From the IMG/VR virus record IMGVR_UViG_3300025287_000138, positions 1-43,019 of that record: a stretch of DNA of 43,019 nt; one strand, written 5' to 3'. This document shows, piece by piece, positions 1-8,282 of the stretch. A model generated the notes under the pieces. It made no database searches, was not told where the DNA came from, and saw only the letters and a list, made by a program, of their open reading frames with translations. Made by a program: the position numbers and the translations under genes. Origin of the DNA: a virus. Its lineage: Duplodnaviria > Caudoviricetes. Numbering within the stretch: position 1 is the stretch's first letter; every line of letters begins with the position of its first letter.

Positions 1-1206
1 ATGCCCCGCGAAAACAGCCCCTACATCCGTGATCCGTACTGGCTCGACAAGAGAAGGGATGGCCGCTCGAAGTTCTGGCAGATCGCCAGATACGAAGGCG
101 GGACGGTCCTATATCGAAGCACTCGCAAATTAGACGAGGATGCGGCCCGTGCTGCCATGGACGCCTATATTGACGCTCAGAAGTCACTCAGCCCACAAAA
201 GCCGGACGAGGCGCCGGTTGTGTCGATGCTCGTCAATTATTGGAAAGAGAAGGGCTGCAAGTCGATCAATAGCGATCAGACCTCGCGATCGCTTCGCACC
301 TTCGCCGCGTTTCTCGCTCAAGACATGGCCGGCGCACACGCCGTCGTAGTAGATATGGGACCGGCCCTGTTTGAGCGCTTTCGTGAGTGGCGCATAGGGC
401 CACACGACTTCAAGCTGGCATGGTTCGGGGAGCAATACGATTATAGCAGCGGAGGCGTCTCAGGGGCCACCGTGCAGCGGAACATCAATGACGTTCGCGC
501 TGCGGTGCATCACGCTGAGGCCAATCTGCGTATACCGCTTGCCCCGCGCATCCGCGACCTCGATCAACGCTATCTATCAGTCCCACGTGAGCGCGTGCTG
601 ACTATCCAGGAAATGGGAAAGATCGCGTGGTTTGCCTCGCACAACCCGGCGCTGTTCCGCTTCGCAGCATTGCAACTGGCAACAGGGGTTAGGCCAATGG
701 CAGCGATGGCATTCGATCCCGTTACCCAATACGATGACAGGCGGGGGCTTATAGACCTTCAGCCTGGCGCATCGCCGCAGACGCGCAAGCGCAACTCGAT
801 CATTCCTGCGATCCGACCGATACGGCCTATTCTACGGGCATGGGCCAAGGATGGTGCGGACGAGGTGAAAAGCCGCAAGACCGCTTGGCGGAACATGCGA
901 AGGGCCCTTGGCCTATCGGATGACGTATTTCCCAAGACCATCCGGCATACCGTCGCAACGATGCTTTATGAAGACGAGAGTGTGCCCGAACGCGAGATCG
1001 TGGAAATGCTTGGCCATGAAGGAAAGCTAGCGCGAACCACGCGCATCTACGCGAAATATAATCCTACAAGGCTGCGCGCCGTGACACGCGCTCTGGCCAC
1101 CATTTGGTTGCAGGTCAGCAAAGAGGCTCGTTCGTTTGGCTCTGACCACTCTCTGGCCACTGGCCTTTCGGGAGGCAAGCTAAAGGTTGTGCAAAAAGTG
1201 GAATAA
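1..1206 (+). CDS. int: Tyrosine recombinase / phage integrase
   Basis: Catalytic motifs TGVR, RKR, KTIRH, LGH and IY near the C-terminus; adjacent to a tRNA-derived att core. Confidence 0.92.
   Translation: MPRENSPYIRDPYWLDKRRDGRSKFWQIARYEGGTVLYRSTRKLDEDAARAAMDAYIDAQKSLSPQKPDEAPVVSMLVNYWKEKGCKSINSDQTSRSLRTFAAFLAQDMAGAHAVVVDMGPALFERFREWRIGPHDFKLAWFGEQYDYSSGGVSGATVQRNINDVRAAVHHAEANLRIPLAPRIRDLDQRYLSVPRERVLTIQEMGKIAWFASHNPALFRFAALQLATGVRPMAAMAFDPVTQYDDRRGLIDLQPGASPQTRKRNSIIPAIRPIRPILRAWAKDGADEVKSRKTAWRNMRRALGLSDDVFPKTIRHTVATMLYEDESVPEREIVEMLGHEGKLARTTRIYAKYNPTRLRAVTRALATIWLQVSKEARSFGSDHSLATGLSGGKLKVVQKVE
1091..1160 (+). repeat. Putative integrase arm-type sites, left arm (CTCTGRCCAC at 1091, 1140, 1151)
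   Basis: Three 10-bp direct repeats inside the 3' end of int; the same motif recurs on the other side of the core. Confidence 0.7.
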
Positions 1207-1232
1207 TGCTAATATTCACGGGCATTTGGAAA

Positions 1233-1281
1233 TGGTGGGCGCGGCAAGGATTGAACTTGCGACCCCACCCGTGTGAAGGGT
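1233..1281 (-). other. att core: 3' half of tRNA-Val(CAC) (anticodon loop, T-arm, acceptor 3' strand, CCA); not a complete tRNA gene
   Basis: Minus strand reads ACCC-TTCACAC-GGGT GGG GTC GCAAG-TTCAATC-CTTGC CGCGCCC ACCA; no matching 5' acceptor strand upstream. Confidence 0.88.
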
Positions 1282-1360
1282 TCTCTAGCACGCCAAATGC
1301 ACGTTTTGCGTTAACTCGCGACAGAACGAAGCATGACTGAATGGCGAACAAAGCGATTTT

Positions 1361-1381
1361 CTCTGACCATCCTCTGACCAC
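1361..1381 (+). repeat. Putative integrase arm-type sites, right arm (CTCTGACCAT 1361, CTCTGACCAC 1372)
   Basis: Tandem 10-bp repeats with 11-bp period, matching those at 1140/1151. Confidence 0.72.
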
Positions 1382-1469
1382 TCCCAGAATGGTCGACCTG
1401 TGGTTGTAGCTCTCAGCGAAGGCTTGGCGCGTACCTAGTCGGGGCGTAGGGAAGGGTGGTGCTGAAGGG

Positions 1470-1694
1470 ATGCTCATGAGAAACACCATCATCAAGCGCG
1501 CCTCTCGAGCATTGCTCGGCTGCGGCATAACACTGGATGCTGAAGAGCGCGACGAAGCCATTCGCGCCGTTCTCGAGGCGATCCGCGAACCCACCGACGA
1601 CATGCTCACAGCGGCTGCCGGATTGCCCGAAGGCGAAGGCGGTCCGACCGAGACGTGGCAGGCGATGATCGACGCGGCGCTGGCCGAAGAGTGA
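1470..1694 (+). CDS. Small hypothetical phage protein
   Basis: 74 aa; AIREPTDDML...WQAMIDAAL resembles a motif common in small phage proteins. Confidence 0.65.
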   Translation: MLMRNTIIKRASRALLGCGITLDAEERDEAIRAVLEAIREPTDDMLTAAAGLPEGEGGPTETWQAMIDAALAEE

Positions 1695-1701
1695 CGCGTC
1701 T

Positions 1702-3294
1702 TTAATTTAGATCGATCCGCCAAGCCACCTTACGATCACTGAATACCGCCCGCACGGTCGAGGTTGGCACGAGCTTCAGATAATCTACACTCTCCCACCC
1801 CAGCATCGGTCCGGTCTCGCCCCGCGCCAGTTGCAAGTCAGCGCCTTCGACAGTCCCGCGTATGAGCTTGCCACAACGCAGGCGAACCTCGAAGCCGTCC
1901 GGAAGCAAAACCGGCTCTAGCTCGTGCGAAAAGTGCAGGCTGGTGGCATACTCAGCCCCTTCCGAACCTTGGACAGTATCGACAATGTGAAGGTGTTTCT
2001 CCGGGCAGTAGAGCAAGCGTCGGGAATGCGAGTAGGCCCCGCGTTCAACCTCACCGCCGACGACAAAGCCATCATCCTCTTGTGTGATGAGGTGCAGGAA
2101 AGAACCTTTCCTGCTCGGTCGCCCGACCTCTATCGCAGGATCGCGGAAACTGACTGTGTTGTGCGCAGCTGCGCTGACGATGTATGCGCGCTTGTCATCG
2201 TATTGGTAGCCGTACTTGCCACTATCGATGAAAACCGGCTCACCATGCTCAAACAAAGTGAAGCTGAGCTCATCGTTGTGCTTGTGCGCGTTGGAATACC
2301 AACTGCCAGTGACGGTCAGCATCGATGGCTGATGTTCGGCATTCGGGTCAGATCGAACTATTGCGTAACCCGACTTTGCGAGATCGGCCACGGCGAACGA
2401 TCTTCCGGAAGCGAGGTGCGCCAGTTTCACCGCACCAGTCAAACGCCGACCTTTGCCACTGCTATCGCCCAGCGGTGAAACATAGTGGTCAGGCCGAACG
2501 AACCATGGCCCAAGCTTTTCCGCGCGAGCTAGAAGGTCTGCGGTGGCGGCATCAGCTACGCGCCGAGGGTTGAACTGTAGAATGCGATCGGTGGTAAATA
2601 GGTGATAGGAGGGCGAATGCTCTTTGTGGACACCTTCATCAGTGTAGCCCTGCTTCATGATCTTTCGGAACATCTTGGCGCAGTATGCTTGACAAGCCCT
2701 ATTCGCCATCGGCCCCAGAGCTACGGATGCCAGCAAGCTGAGCCCAAAGACTTGAAAAACGCCATGGTTGCCTTTGCTTATGAATGTCTCGTCGCGAAGG
2801 CGAACGATGTGCTCTGATGCGCATTCAAGTAATGCTTCGGTCGCGCCGTCCGGCACTGTGACACGCTTGCTGAAGATGCGATCGAGGAACAGAGCCAGCC
2901 TCGCCGCTCGCATCCCGGTCGCCATATCATGCCAGGCGAAAGGGTTCTCGGCGCCGCTCGCATTAAAGCTTTGCCAATCCAAAGCGACGGCAATCGCTTC
3001 CAACAGGTATGCGTTGTCGTCTTTCTGAAAATACTTTTCGAGCATCGGCTCGACCTTGCGCCAACCGTTGAGCTGGAATTGCCAGTTTCGGTCTGAATAT
3101 GGGTTCGACGCCCAATCGATCGGAATTTCGTATGGCCAGGGGGCAAGGTCCTTTCGCGGCTGAAACCCGTCGGTCGTCAAGGACTCATAAGACTGGAAAT
3201 AATGCGGGCAGATGTCGCGCTCTGTGACATGCGATTTGTGCGTTTTGCGAAAGATGAGCCGTGGGATTTCCAGAGGTTGCAACGATTGAGCCAT
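1702..3294 (-). CDS. Heparinase II/III-family polysaccharide lyase (moron)
   Basis: Motifs NHG, EHSPSYH, GDS, HKHNDELSF, DSGKYGY, AAHNTV; start at ATG 3294 (alternative TTG 3315); sampled lines about 48-50% GC. Confidence 0.85.
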   Translation of the reverse strand: MAQSLQPLEIPRLIFRKTHKSHVTERDICPHYFQSYESLTTDGFQPRKDLAPWPYEIPIDWASNPYSDRNWQFQLNGWRKVEPMLEKYFQKDDNAYLLEAIAVALDWQSFNASGAENPFAWHDMATGMRAARLALFLDRIFSKRVTVPDGATEALLECASEHIVRLRDETFISKGNHGVFQVFGLSLLASVALGPMANRACQAYCAKMFRKIMKQGYTDEGVHKEHSPSYHLFTTDRILQFNPRRVADAATADLLARAEKLGPWFVRPDHYVSPLGDSSGKGRRLTGAVKLAHLASGRSFAVADLAKSGYAIVRSDPNAEHQPSMLTVTGSWYSNAHKHNDELSFTLFEHGEPVFIDSGKYGYQYDDKRAYIVSAAAHNTVSFRDPAIEVGRPSRKGSFLHLITQEDDGFVVGGEVERGAYSHSRRLLYCPEKHLHIVDTVQGSEGAEYATSLHFSHELEPVLLPDGFEVRLRCGKLIRGTVEGADLQLARGETGPMLGWESVDYLKLVPTSTVRAVFSDRKVAWRIDLN

Positions 3295-3377
3295 GTTTAA
3301 GCGGTGACCGACCAAGGTAAGAACTGCAACCGCTTTTTCGCTTTCCTACACGGGGACAGCTTGGCAAATCAGCCCGC

Positions 3378-3587
3378 ATGACCAACGATGACGAAATGAT
3401 CGATGTCCCCCGCATGTCCATGTCGCAATCGGCACATGATGCGTGGAAGACGAGCCCGGAACTGGCCCGGGTCAAACAAGCCTACGAGCGGGTGAAGTCA
3501 TTCCCCGACGCAAAGCACCCATGGCCGCCCGAGATGCTGGAGTTGCGGCAAGCGGTGGAGATGCTTTTGAGGCGATGGGGGCCGTGA
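3378..3587 (+). CDS. Small hypothetical protein
   Basis: 69-aa ORF filling the gap, divergent from the lyase. Confidence 0.55.
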   Translation: MTNDDEMIDVPRMSMSQSAHDAWKTSPELARVKQAYERVKSFPDAKHPWPPEMLELRQAVEMLLRRWGP

Positions 3588-3676
3588 GGCGGTTCGCCCG
3601 GGCTGTGGAGTTTTGGGTGCTGCTGGCGATGATGATTGGTGTGACAGCTTACGGGCTACTCAGCGCAGGCTTTTAA
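3584..3676 (+). CDS. 30-aa single-TM microprotein (MRRFARAVEFWVLLAMMIGVTAYGLLSAGF)
   Basis: GTGA overlap with the previous ORF; hydrophobic. Confidence 0.4.
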   Translation: MRRFARAVEFWVLLAMMIGVTAYGLLSAGF

Positions 3677-3916
3677 CGCCGCCTGCATCGTGATCCCCCA
3701 CGCTCTCAGATCCAGCGCAGACGCCGCTACGATAAGCAGGTCTGATGCAGCATTGCCGGTCAGCTGCTCGCCAACCTGCGGCGGTTCGGGCGGAATGTCT
3801 TCTTTCGCGAGACAGGGCTGCGGAACCGGCACTTCGACGGTCTGCACCTGAATGCCGGGCTGCGGGTGGTTGCAGGCAGCGACAAGGGCCACGACGGCAA
3901 GAACAAGATAGCGCAT
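3656..3916 (-). CDS. Rz1: Outer-membrane spanin lipoprotein (Rz1-like)
   Basis: MRYLVLAVVALVAAC lipobox, Pro-rich, directly after the Rz-like gene (TAATG overlap). Confidence 0.8.
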   Translation of the reverse strand: MRYLVLAVVALVAACNHPQPGIQVQTVEVPVPQPCLAKEDIPPEPPQVGEQLTGNAASDLLIVAASALDLRAWGITMQAALKACAE

Positions 3917-4287
3917 TACAATCCTCTCGACTTGAGCACGCCCGCAGGCGATCGGCACTGATCGATCACGCCTTCCGCGCGCAAGGCATCTGCCTCGCCC
4001 TGAAGTTCGGACGCTTCCGATTCCGCGCGTTCCATAGCTTCCTCGAGTAGGCTTTCGCGGAGTTGGCCGGCGGCGACGAGATCTTCCATCTGGCGCGTCA
4101 GGGCGCCGAGCGAGGCGGCGGTAACGCTATGCTGCGCCTCCGAGACAGCCAGCGTGTTGCGTAGCCGGTCGTTCTCGCGATCCTTGGCCGCGTTCGACCA
4201 TAGCGCGATGCCAAGTGCGATCAGCAGGATGCCGATCACGATGGCGAACACCTTGTTCACGGTCGATGCGAAGAATGTCCCGATCAT
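3916..4287 (-). CDS. Rz: Inner-membrane spanin (Rz-like)
   Basis: N-terminal TM followed by a coiled coil, downstream of endolysin and holin. Confidence 0.75.
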   Translation of the reverse strand: MIGTFFASTVNKVFAIVIGILLIALGIALWSNAAKDRENDRLRNTLAVSEAQHSVTAASLGALTRQMEDLVAAGQLRESLLEEAMERAESEASELQGEADALRAEGVIDQCRSPAGVLKSRGL

Positions 4288-4373
4288 AGCACCATCCAGA
4301 GAAAGAGGGAGAAACAGGCGAGGGCAATGCCCACGGCCAGTACAGTCGGCCAGGTTCGGCGATCACCGCCCAT
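4284..4373 (-). CDS. 29-aa single-TM microprotein (MGGDRRTWPTVLAVGIALACFSLFLWMVL)
   Basis: GAGGA upstream; ATGA overlap with the Rz start; fills the holin-Rz gap. Confidence 0.55.
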   Translation of the reverse strand: MGGDRRTWPTVLAVGIALACFSLFLWMVL

Positions 4374-4659
4374 CGGACACATCCTCGACGTTCGCGGGCT
4401 TGTCAGGCGGGTTCACGATTTCGGTCTCGACAGGGCGTTCATCACCCCGCGCTGTGCTGCCAAAATAGTAGCCAAAAGCGAGAGTGGCCAAAGCGAACAA
4501 CTGGCCGACGGCGAAGGTCGCGGCCTGTCCTGCTTCGTCGCCTTCGCGCCCGATCAGGATGTTCGCACCATACGCCGCGAACCCCAAGGCGAGCAGCGCC
4601 AGCACGAAACGCGCGGTTTGCGGGGAGAGAAAGCGGCTCCAGAACTCGCGCCACATCAT
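4363..4659 (-). CDS. Putative holin (2 TM)
   Basis: Two hydrophobic helices, GYYFGS motif, charged C-terminus, ATGA overlap with the endolysin. Confidence 0.7.
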   Translation of the reverse strand: MMWREFWSRFLSPQTARFVLALLALGFAAYGANILIGREGDEAGQAATFAVGQLFALATLAFGYYFGSTARGDERPVETEIVNPPDKPANVEDVSDGR

Positions 4660-5252
4660 CGCGCCCACTCCCCGGTCTTGTTATGCAGCCAGGTAAGGAA
4701 CTGGCCGACGGTCTTTCCGCGCAGGATGGATGGGTTCGCCCTTGTAGCTGCTGATCCAGCGATCAGGTCCGCGCGCGCGTTTACGTCCGCGCCGATCACC
4801 TGAGCAGCCGTCAGAGGGCCGAAGAAGTGCGCGGCGTAGAGCGATGCTCGGTTGATCGGGATGCCCTTCAATTTGAGGTAAGCCGCGTTCTTACCGGTGA
4901 ACGACTTCGCACGAGCCAGCTGCTCTTCGACGCTCGGGCGCAGGCCACCGAACGCCTGCGACATATCTGTGCCCCACTGCCCACCTTCGCCGATCCACGT
5001 CGATCGGATGAACTGGTAGAGGCCGGAAGCGCTGGACGTGCCTGCTTTCACATAGGGATGGTCGTTGCTCTCGATCTTCGACAGCATTGGCCAGTAGTCA
5101 TCCGGAATGTCCATTTCCTTAGGCGCGGGGTGGGGCAGGAGCTCGTCGAGCACCGCTATGGTGTCGCGGCCTGCCCATCCGTCTACGTCCAATCCTGCGC
5201 GTTCCTGGAATAGCCGCACGAATGCGTCGTCTGAGATAGTCGCCATGGTCAT
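4656..5252 (-). CDS. Endolysin: peptidoglycan-binding N-terminus plus lytic transglycosylase/lysozyme-like domain
   Basis: FQERAGLDVDGWAGRDT (PG-binding motif); IES...SSASGLYQFIRSTW catalytic motif. Confidence 0.88.
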   Translation of the reverse strand: MTMATISDDAFVRLFQERAGLDVDGWAGRDTIAVLDELLPHPAPKEMDIPDDYWPMLSKIESNDHPYVKAGTSSASGLYQFIRSTWIGEGGQWGTDMSQAFGGLRPSVEEQLARAKSFTGKNAAYLKLKGIPINRASLYAAHFFGPLTAAQVIGADVNARADLIAGSAATRANPSILRGKTVGQFLTWLHNKTGEWAR

Positions 5253-5707
5253 TCCTTTTCGATCTTCTTGCGCCGTGCGAGTTCGTTCTGAGCACGATTG
5301 GCGGCGAGGCCTGCGGCGGCGTTCATCGTCTGCACCCGGGCGAGGAACTTGCGCGCGCTGTCTTCGGCGGCCTCGGACCGGCCATCGAGGCGGGCTGCGA
5401 TCAGTGCTTCGACGTGGGTGATTGCCTCTTCGAAATATTCGACCCGCCAGCGCAGGGCACCGAACTGCGCGAGTTCTGCCGTTACTCGTTCGAGCTCCGA
5501 TCGCATGGCTGCGGCCTGACTGTGTGCCGCCTTCAGCAGTTCGAACGTGAGTCCGTCCTGATGCTGTGTAAGTGCGAGTTCGGATGCTTCACGGCTCTGC
5601 TCGCGCTCTACGCGGTCGTTCTTCGCAATGCGCGCCTGTGCAACTGCCCAAGCGATCGCGCCGCCTGCGAGTGTGAGGAAGCCACCGTTCCACCAGTCAA
5701 ATTCCAC
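5249..5707 (-). CDS. Membrane-anchored coiled-coil protein of the lysis region
   Basis: GTG start at 5707; N-terminal hydrophobic segment then coiled coil; ATGA overlap with the endolysin. Confidence 0.65.
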   Translation of the reverse strand: MEFDWWNGGFLTLAGGAIAWAVAQARIAKNDRVEREQSREASELALTQHQDGLTFELLKAAHSQAAAMRSELERVTAELAQFGALRWRVEYFEEAITHVEALIAARLDGRSEAAEDSARKFLARVQTMNAAAGLAANRAQNELARRKKIEKE

Positions 5708-6134
5708 GGGATGCGACCCCCTCTGCGGTTTTGCGCCGCGCCTCTGCGGCCATGCTTTCGGCTTCGGCAGGGTCGTGGCGTGCGAGATCGACAAGCGCCA
5801 ACGACAGGTCGGGGCGCTCGTATATGTCTTTGAACCGGTCCAGCGACTTGCGCTTCACCCGGCGATGCACCCAAACGAACAAGCCAAGTCCAATTCCTAC
5901 GAGGGTCAACGAGAACACGTTCACGCCCTCCGGCACTTCGCTGAACCAGCGGATCTGAAAAGCGATCAAGCCCGCTGTTATGAAGAACCAGGCGGCGCTA
6001 TCGGTCGTAGGCACAGATTGATTGCCGCGTGTCAGCGAGACGAAGCTGCGAAAGGTGTAGACTGCGCCGTAGATCGAGAGTGCGAAAACGATGATACGGA
6101 GCGCGACCGTCATCCAGAGTAGTGCGGTTTCCAT
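5697..6134 (-). CDS. 3-TM membrane protein (possible second holin or antiholin)
   Basis: METALLW start; three hydrophobic helices followed by a basic patch. Confidence 0.65.
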   Translation of the reverse strand: METALLWMTVALRIIVFALSIYGAVYTFRSFVSLTRGNQSVPTTDSAAWFFITAGLIAFQIRWFSEVPEGVNVFSLTLVGIGLGLFVWVHRRVKRKSLDRFKDIYERPDLSLALVDLARHDPAEAESMAAEARRKTAEGVASRGI

Positions 6135-6232
6135 CACACCCACCCCGAGAAAGCGCGGTGCAGCGAGCGGTTGACCTGCCAACCGGTCAAGGCGGCGTAG
6201 GCGATGAGCGCGATGGCTAGGGGGCGGCTCAT
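6134..6232 (-). CDS. 32-aa microprotein (MSRPLAIALIAYAALTGWQVNRSLHRAFSGWV)
   Basis: ATGA overlap with the tailspike stop and TGATG overlap with the next gene. Confidence 0.5.
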   Translation of the reverse strand: MSRPLAIALIAYAALTGWQVNRSLHRAFSGWV

Positions 6233-8235
6233 GGCGCGCGATAGAAGTATTGAAAGGTGAACGACATAGACTGGCCCGAGCCAGAGACTGGCGAATTCCA
6301 GTTGAAAGTTGCCTTTTCGTCCGTGATATCTCCGTAGATCCCAGCAGCGACAGATCTCAAACTTGCTGAGTAGAAGACACCCGCTCCTCCGAGCTCACCG
6401 ACTCCGGCGATGTTGCCCGGTATCGGCAAGGACATATCGAATCGGGTGTTTCCGGACGCCGTCGGGGCCACACCTGTCACAAGACCACTGACCGTGATGA
6501 TGTTCCCGACCCGCGACCATTGCGCGGTAGCTGATGGGGTTCCGGTTAGGTTGAAGGTGTCGTTTATAACTGGAGTGTACGTGCCGCTCGTTCCGCCGAT
6601 CTTCTCGTTAACGATCGTGGCATCGACGATAACAAAGTTCGCGACACCGTTGCCGGAAACAGTACCGCCAACCGTAGTGATTGTTGCGCCTCTTTCAGCC
6701 CAAACGCCGACACGAGCAGCACCGGTTATTGTGGCACCGGGCGCATTGATCGCTGCCCCGGCACCATAGGCGAACAGCGCAGCACCGTTGGCAAGGCCGG
6801 TTGAGGCATTAGCCAAATTATCGATGGCCGTGCCATTCGTGAAGTTGATCACGCCGCCCTCGAATGCTCGGAGGTTCGAGCCGAACCCATCCGATCCGCA
6901 ACGGTTCGCAACGGCGCTGTCCGCATCAACTACTGCGACATCGGACGCTCTGATGCCGTGTCGCGTTGCATCGCTCGCATCGCTGTAACGAAATGCCAGC
7001 CTGCCGCCATGCGCCGCCTGAGCACCGTAATATCCCGAGTTGGTGCAGTCGCAGTATTCGGCTGAAACCTGGCTTCCCCAAGCAGTGATACCAGCCCCGG
7101 TCGTTCCGTTTCTGGCTGCTCCCGAAAAATTAGTCAGATTGCCTTCGGCCCCATTTGCACCAACTGAGCAGTTGTTGATGGTGGCAAGCCCGGTGCCCCA
7201 TACATTCTTGACCCCGCAACCGGGATCGATGTCCATCGAAGAACGATTCAAGCTGATGCCATTGCCGGTGATTTGCGCCATCGCATCGATTAGGCACGAA
7301 AGGCGAGGCATCTTTGCCCCATCCGTTCCTGTGAAGACGTTACCGCTGAATGCGATCGGCACTTCGGCATCTTCAGACACGATCCGGAATTGCGAATAGT
7401 CGCCGCCTGATAGGTTCACACCGGCCGTCAACGTGTGCCCGCTCTCTATGTTGAGCGTAATCGTGCATTGCCGATTGAGCGGGGTCAGCCTATCTAGCGC
7501 GATCTGAAGCGTCGCCGCATCCGAGGGGATATTGACGGTCAGATTTTCCGTCACGCCCACTACGAAGTCGTCGGCCACAGCAGCCGCGATCGATGCGGCG
7601 GTGGTTGAATAGCCAGCGCGGGTGGGAATATCACGCAAGGCGTCTTCGGCGGTGCGGAGGACGGCACCGATGCCGGGGGCCTTGTACCCAACCAGCGCCG
7701 CGCCCTTGTCCTCGTCGGTGGAGGCGAGGTCCGGACCGATAGTGCTGTCCGATCCCTCCGTAGCGACAGGCGAACCGTCGACGGAACTGAAGCCGAGAAA
7801 TTTACCCTTCCGGTCTGCCAGGGCGGGGAGGGCTAGCGCGCTTTCACCAAAAGCTACCTTTAAGCCACGATCTATCTCGCGCTGCTGGCGAAGATCGCGA
7901 GCCGCGGCGCGGTCAAGCGCGCGCGTCAACGCAGCAGGGTTGAACGATGGCCCTGCATTGTCGAAATCGGAAGGCTGAGTAAGGGCAGGATTGCCCGCTA
8001 TGAAGATCTGCGAATAATCAGCGAGCACGGGCGCGACACTGAACGACAGAGTGCCGCCTTCATCATCGTCCAGCATAACGGAATAGAGCGCCGCCGAGAT
8101 GGTTTCGCCATCCTGATCGAGCGCGACAACCTCATTGGCGGCAGTTGCCTTGAAGTCGAATGCGAAATCGGTTGTGACCCCGTTCGGCGTGTACGGGCCG
8201 GAAATAGAATTTTCAGTCGATACAGGCATCGGCAA
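6229..8235 (-). CDS. Tailspike / tail fibre with T7 gp17-like N-terminal adaptor and probable beta-helix body
   Basis: N-terminus GPYTPNGVTTDFAFDF...RALDR typical of podovirus fibre anchors; G/A/N/S-rich repetitive body; follows the ejection proteins. Confidence 0.82.
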   Translation of the reverse strand: MPMPVSTENSISGPYTPNGVTTDFAFDFKATAANEVVALDQDGETISAALYSVMLDDDEGGTLSFSVAPVLADYSQIFIAGNPALTQPSDFDNAGPSFNPAALTRALDRAAARDLRQQREIDRGLKVAFGESALALPALADRKGKFLGFSSVDGSPVATEGSDSTIGPDLASTDEDKGAALVGYKAPGIGAVLRTAEDALRDIPTRAGYSTTAASIAAAVADDFVVGVTENLTVNIPSDAATLQIALDRLTPLNRQCTITLNIESGHTLTAGVNLSGGDYSQFRIVSEDAEVPIAFSGNVFTGTDGAKMPRLSCLIDAMAQITGNGISLNRSSMDIDPGCGVKNVWGTGLATINNCSVGANGAEGNLTNFSGAARNGTTGAGITAWGSQVSAEYCDCTNSGYYGAQAAHGGRLAFRYSDASDATRHGIRASDVAVVDADSAVANRCGSDGFGSNLRAFEGGVINFTNGTAIDNLANASTGLANGAALFAYGAGAAINAPGATITGAARVGVWAERGATITTVGGTVSGNGVANFVIVDATIVNEKIGGTSGTYTPVINDTFNLTGTPSATAQWSRVGNIITVSGLVTGVAPTASGNTRFDMSLPIPGNIAGVGELGGAGVFYSASLRSVAAGIYGDITDEKATFNWNSPVSGSGQSMSFTFQYFYRAP

Positions 8236-8250
8236 TCACCTCTGCATTCA

Positions 8251-8281
8251 GAGGTAAAAGCCGCCCTATCGTATCTCAAAA
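8251..8281 (-). promoter_or_regulatory. Putative late promoter 3 (TTTTGAGATACG; -35 TTGAGA, 17 bp, -10 TACCTC)
   Basis: Identical 12-mer at three intergenic sites; upstream of tailspike and lysis genes. Confidence 0.7.
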
Positions 8282-8282
8282 A

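Noticed and set aside
1233-1310. Complete tRNA-Val gene
   Set aside because: Only the anticodon arm to CCA is present; there is no 5' acceptor strand or proper D-arm
1115-1723. 202-aa minus-strand ORF across att
   Set aside because: Spans the att core and is antisense to int and ORF 1470-1694; no recognisable motifs
6229-8235. Diversity-generating retroelement as in BPP-1
   Set aside because: No reverse transcriptase ORF and no TR/VR repeat pair seen anywhere in the window
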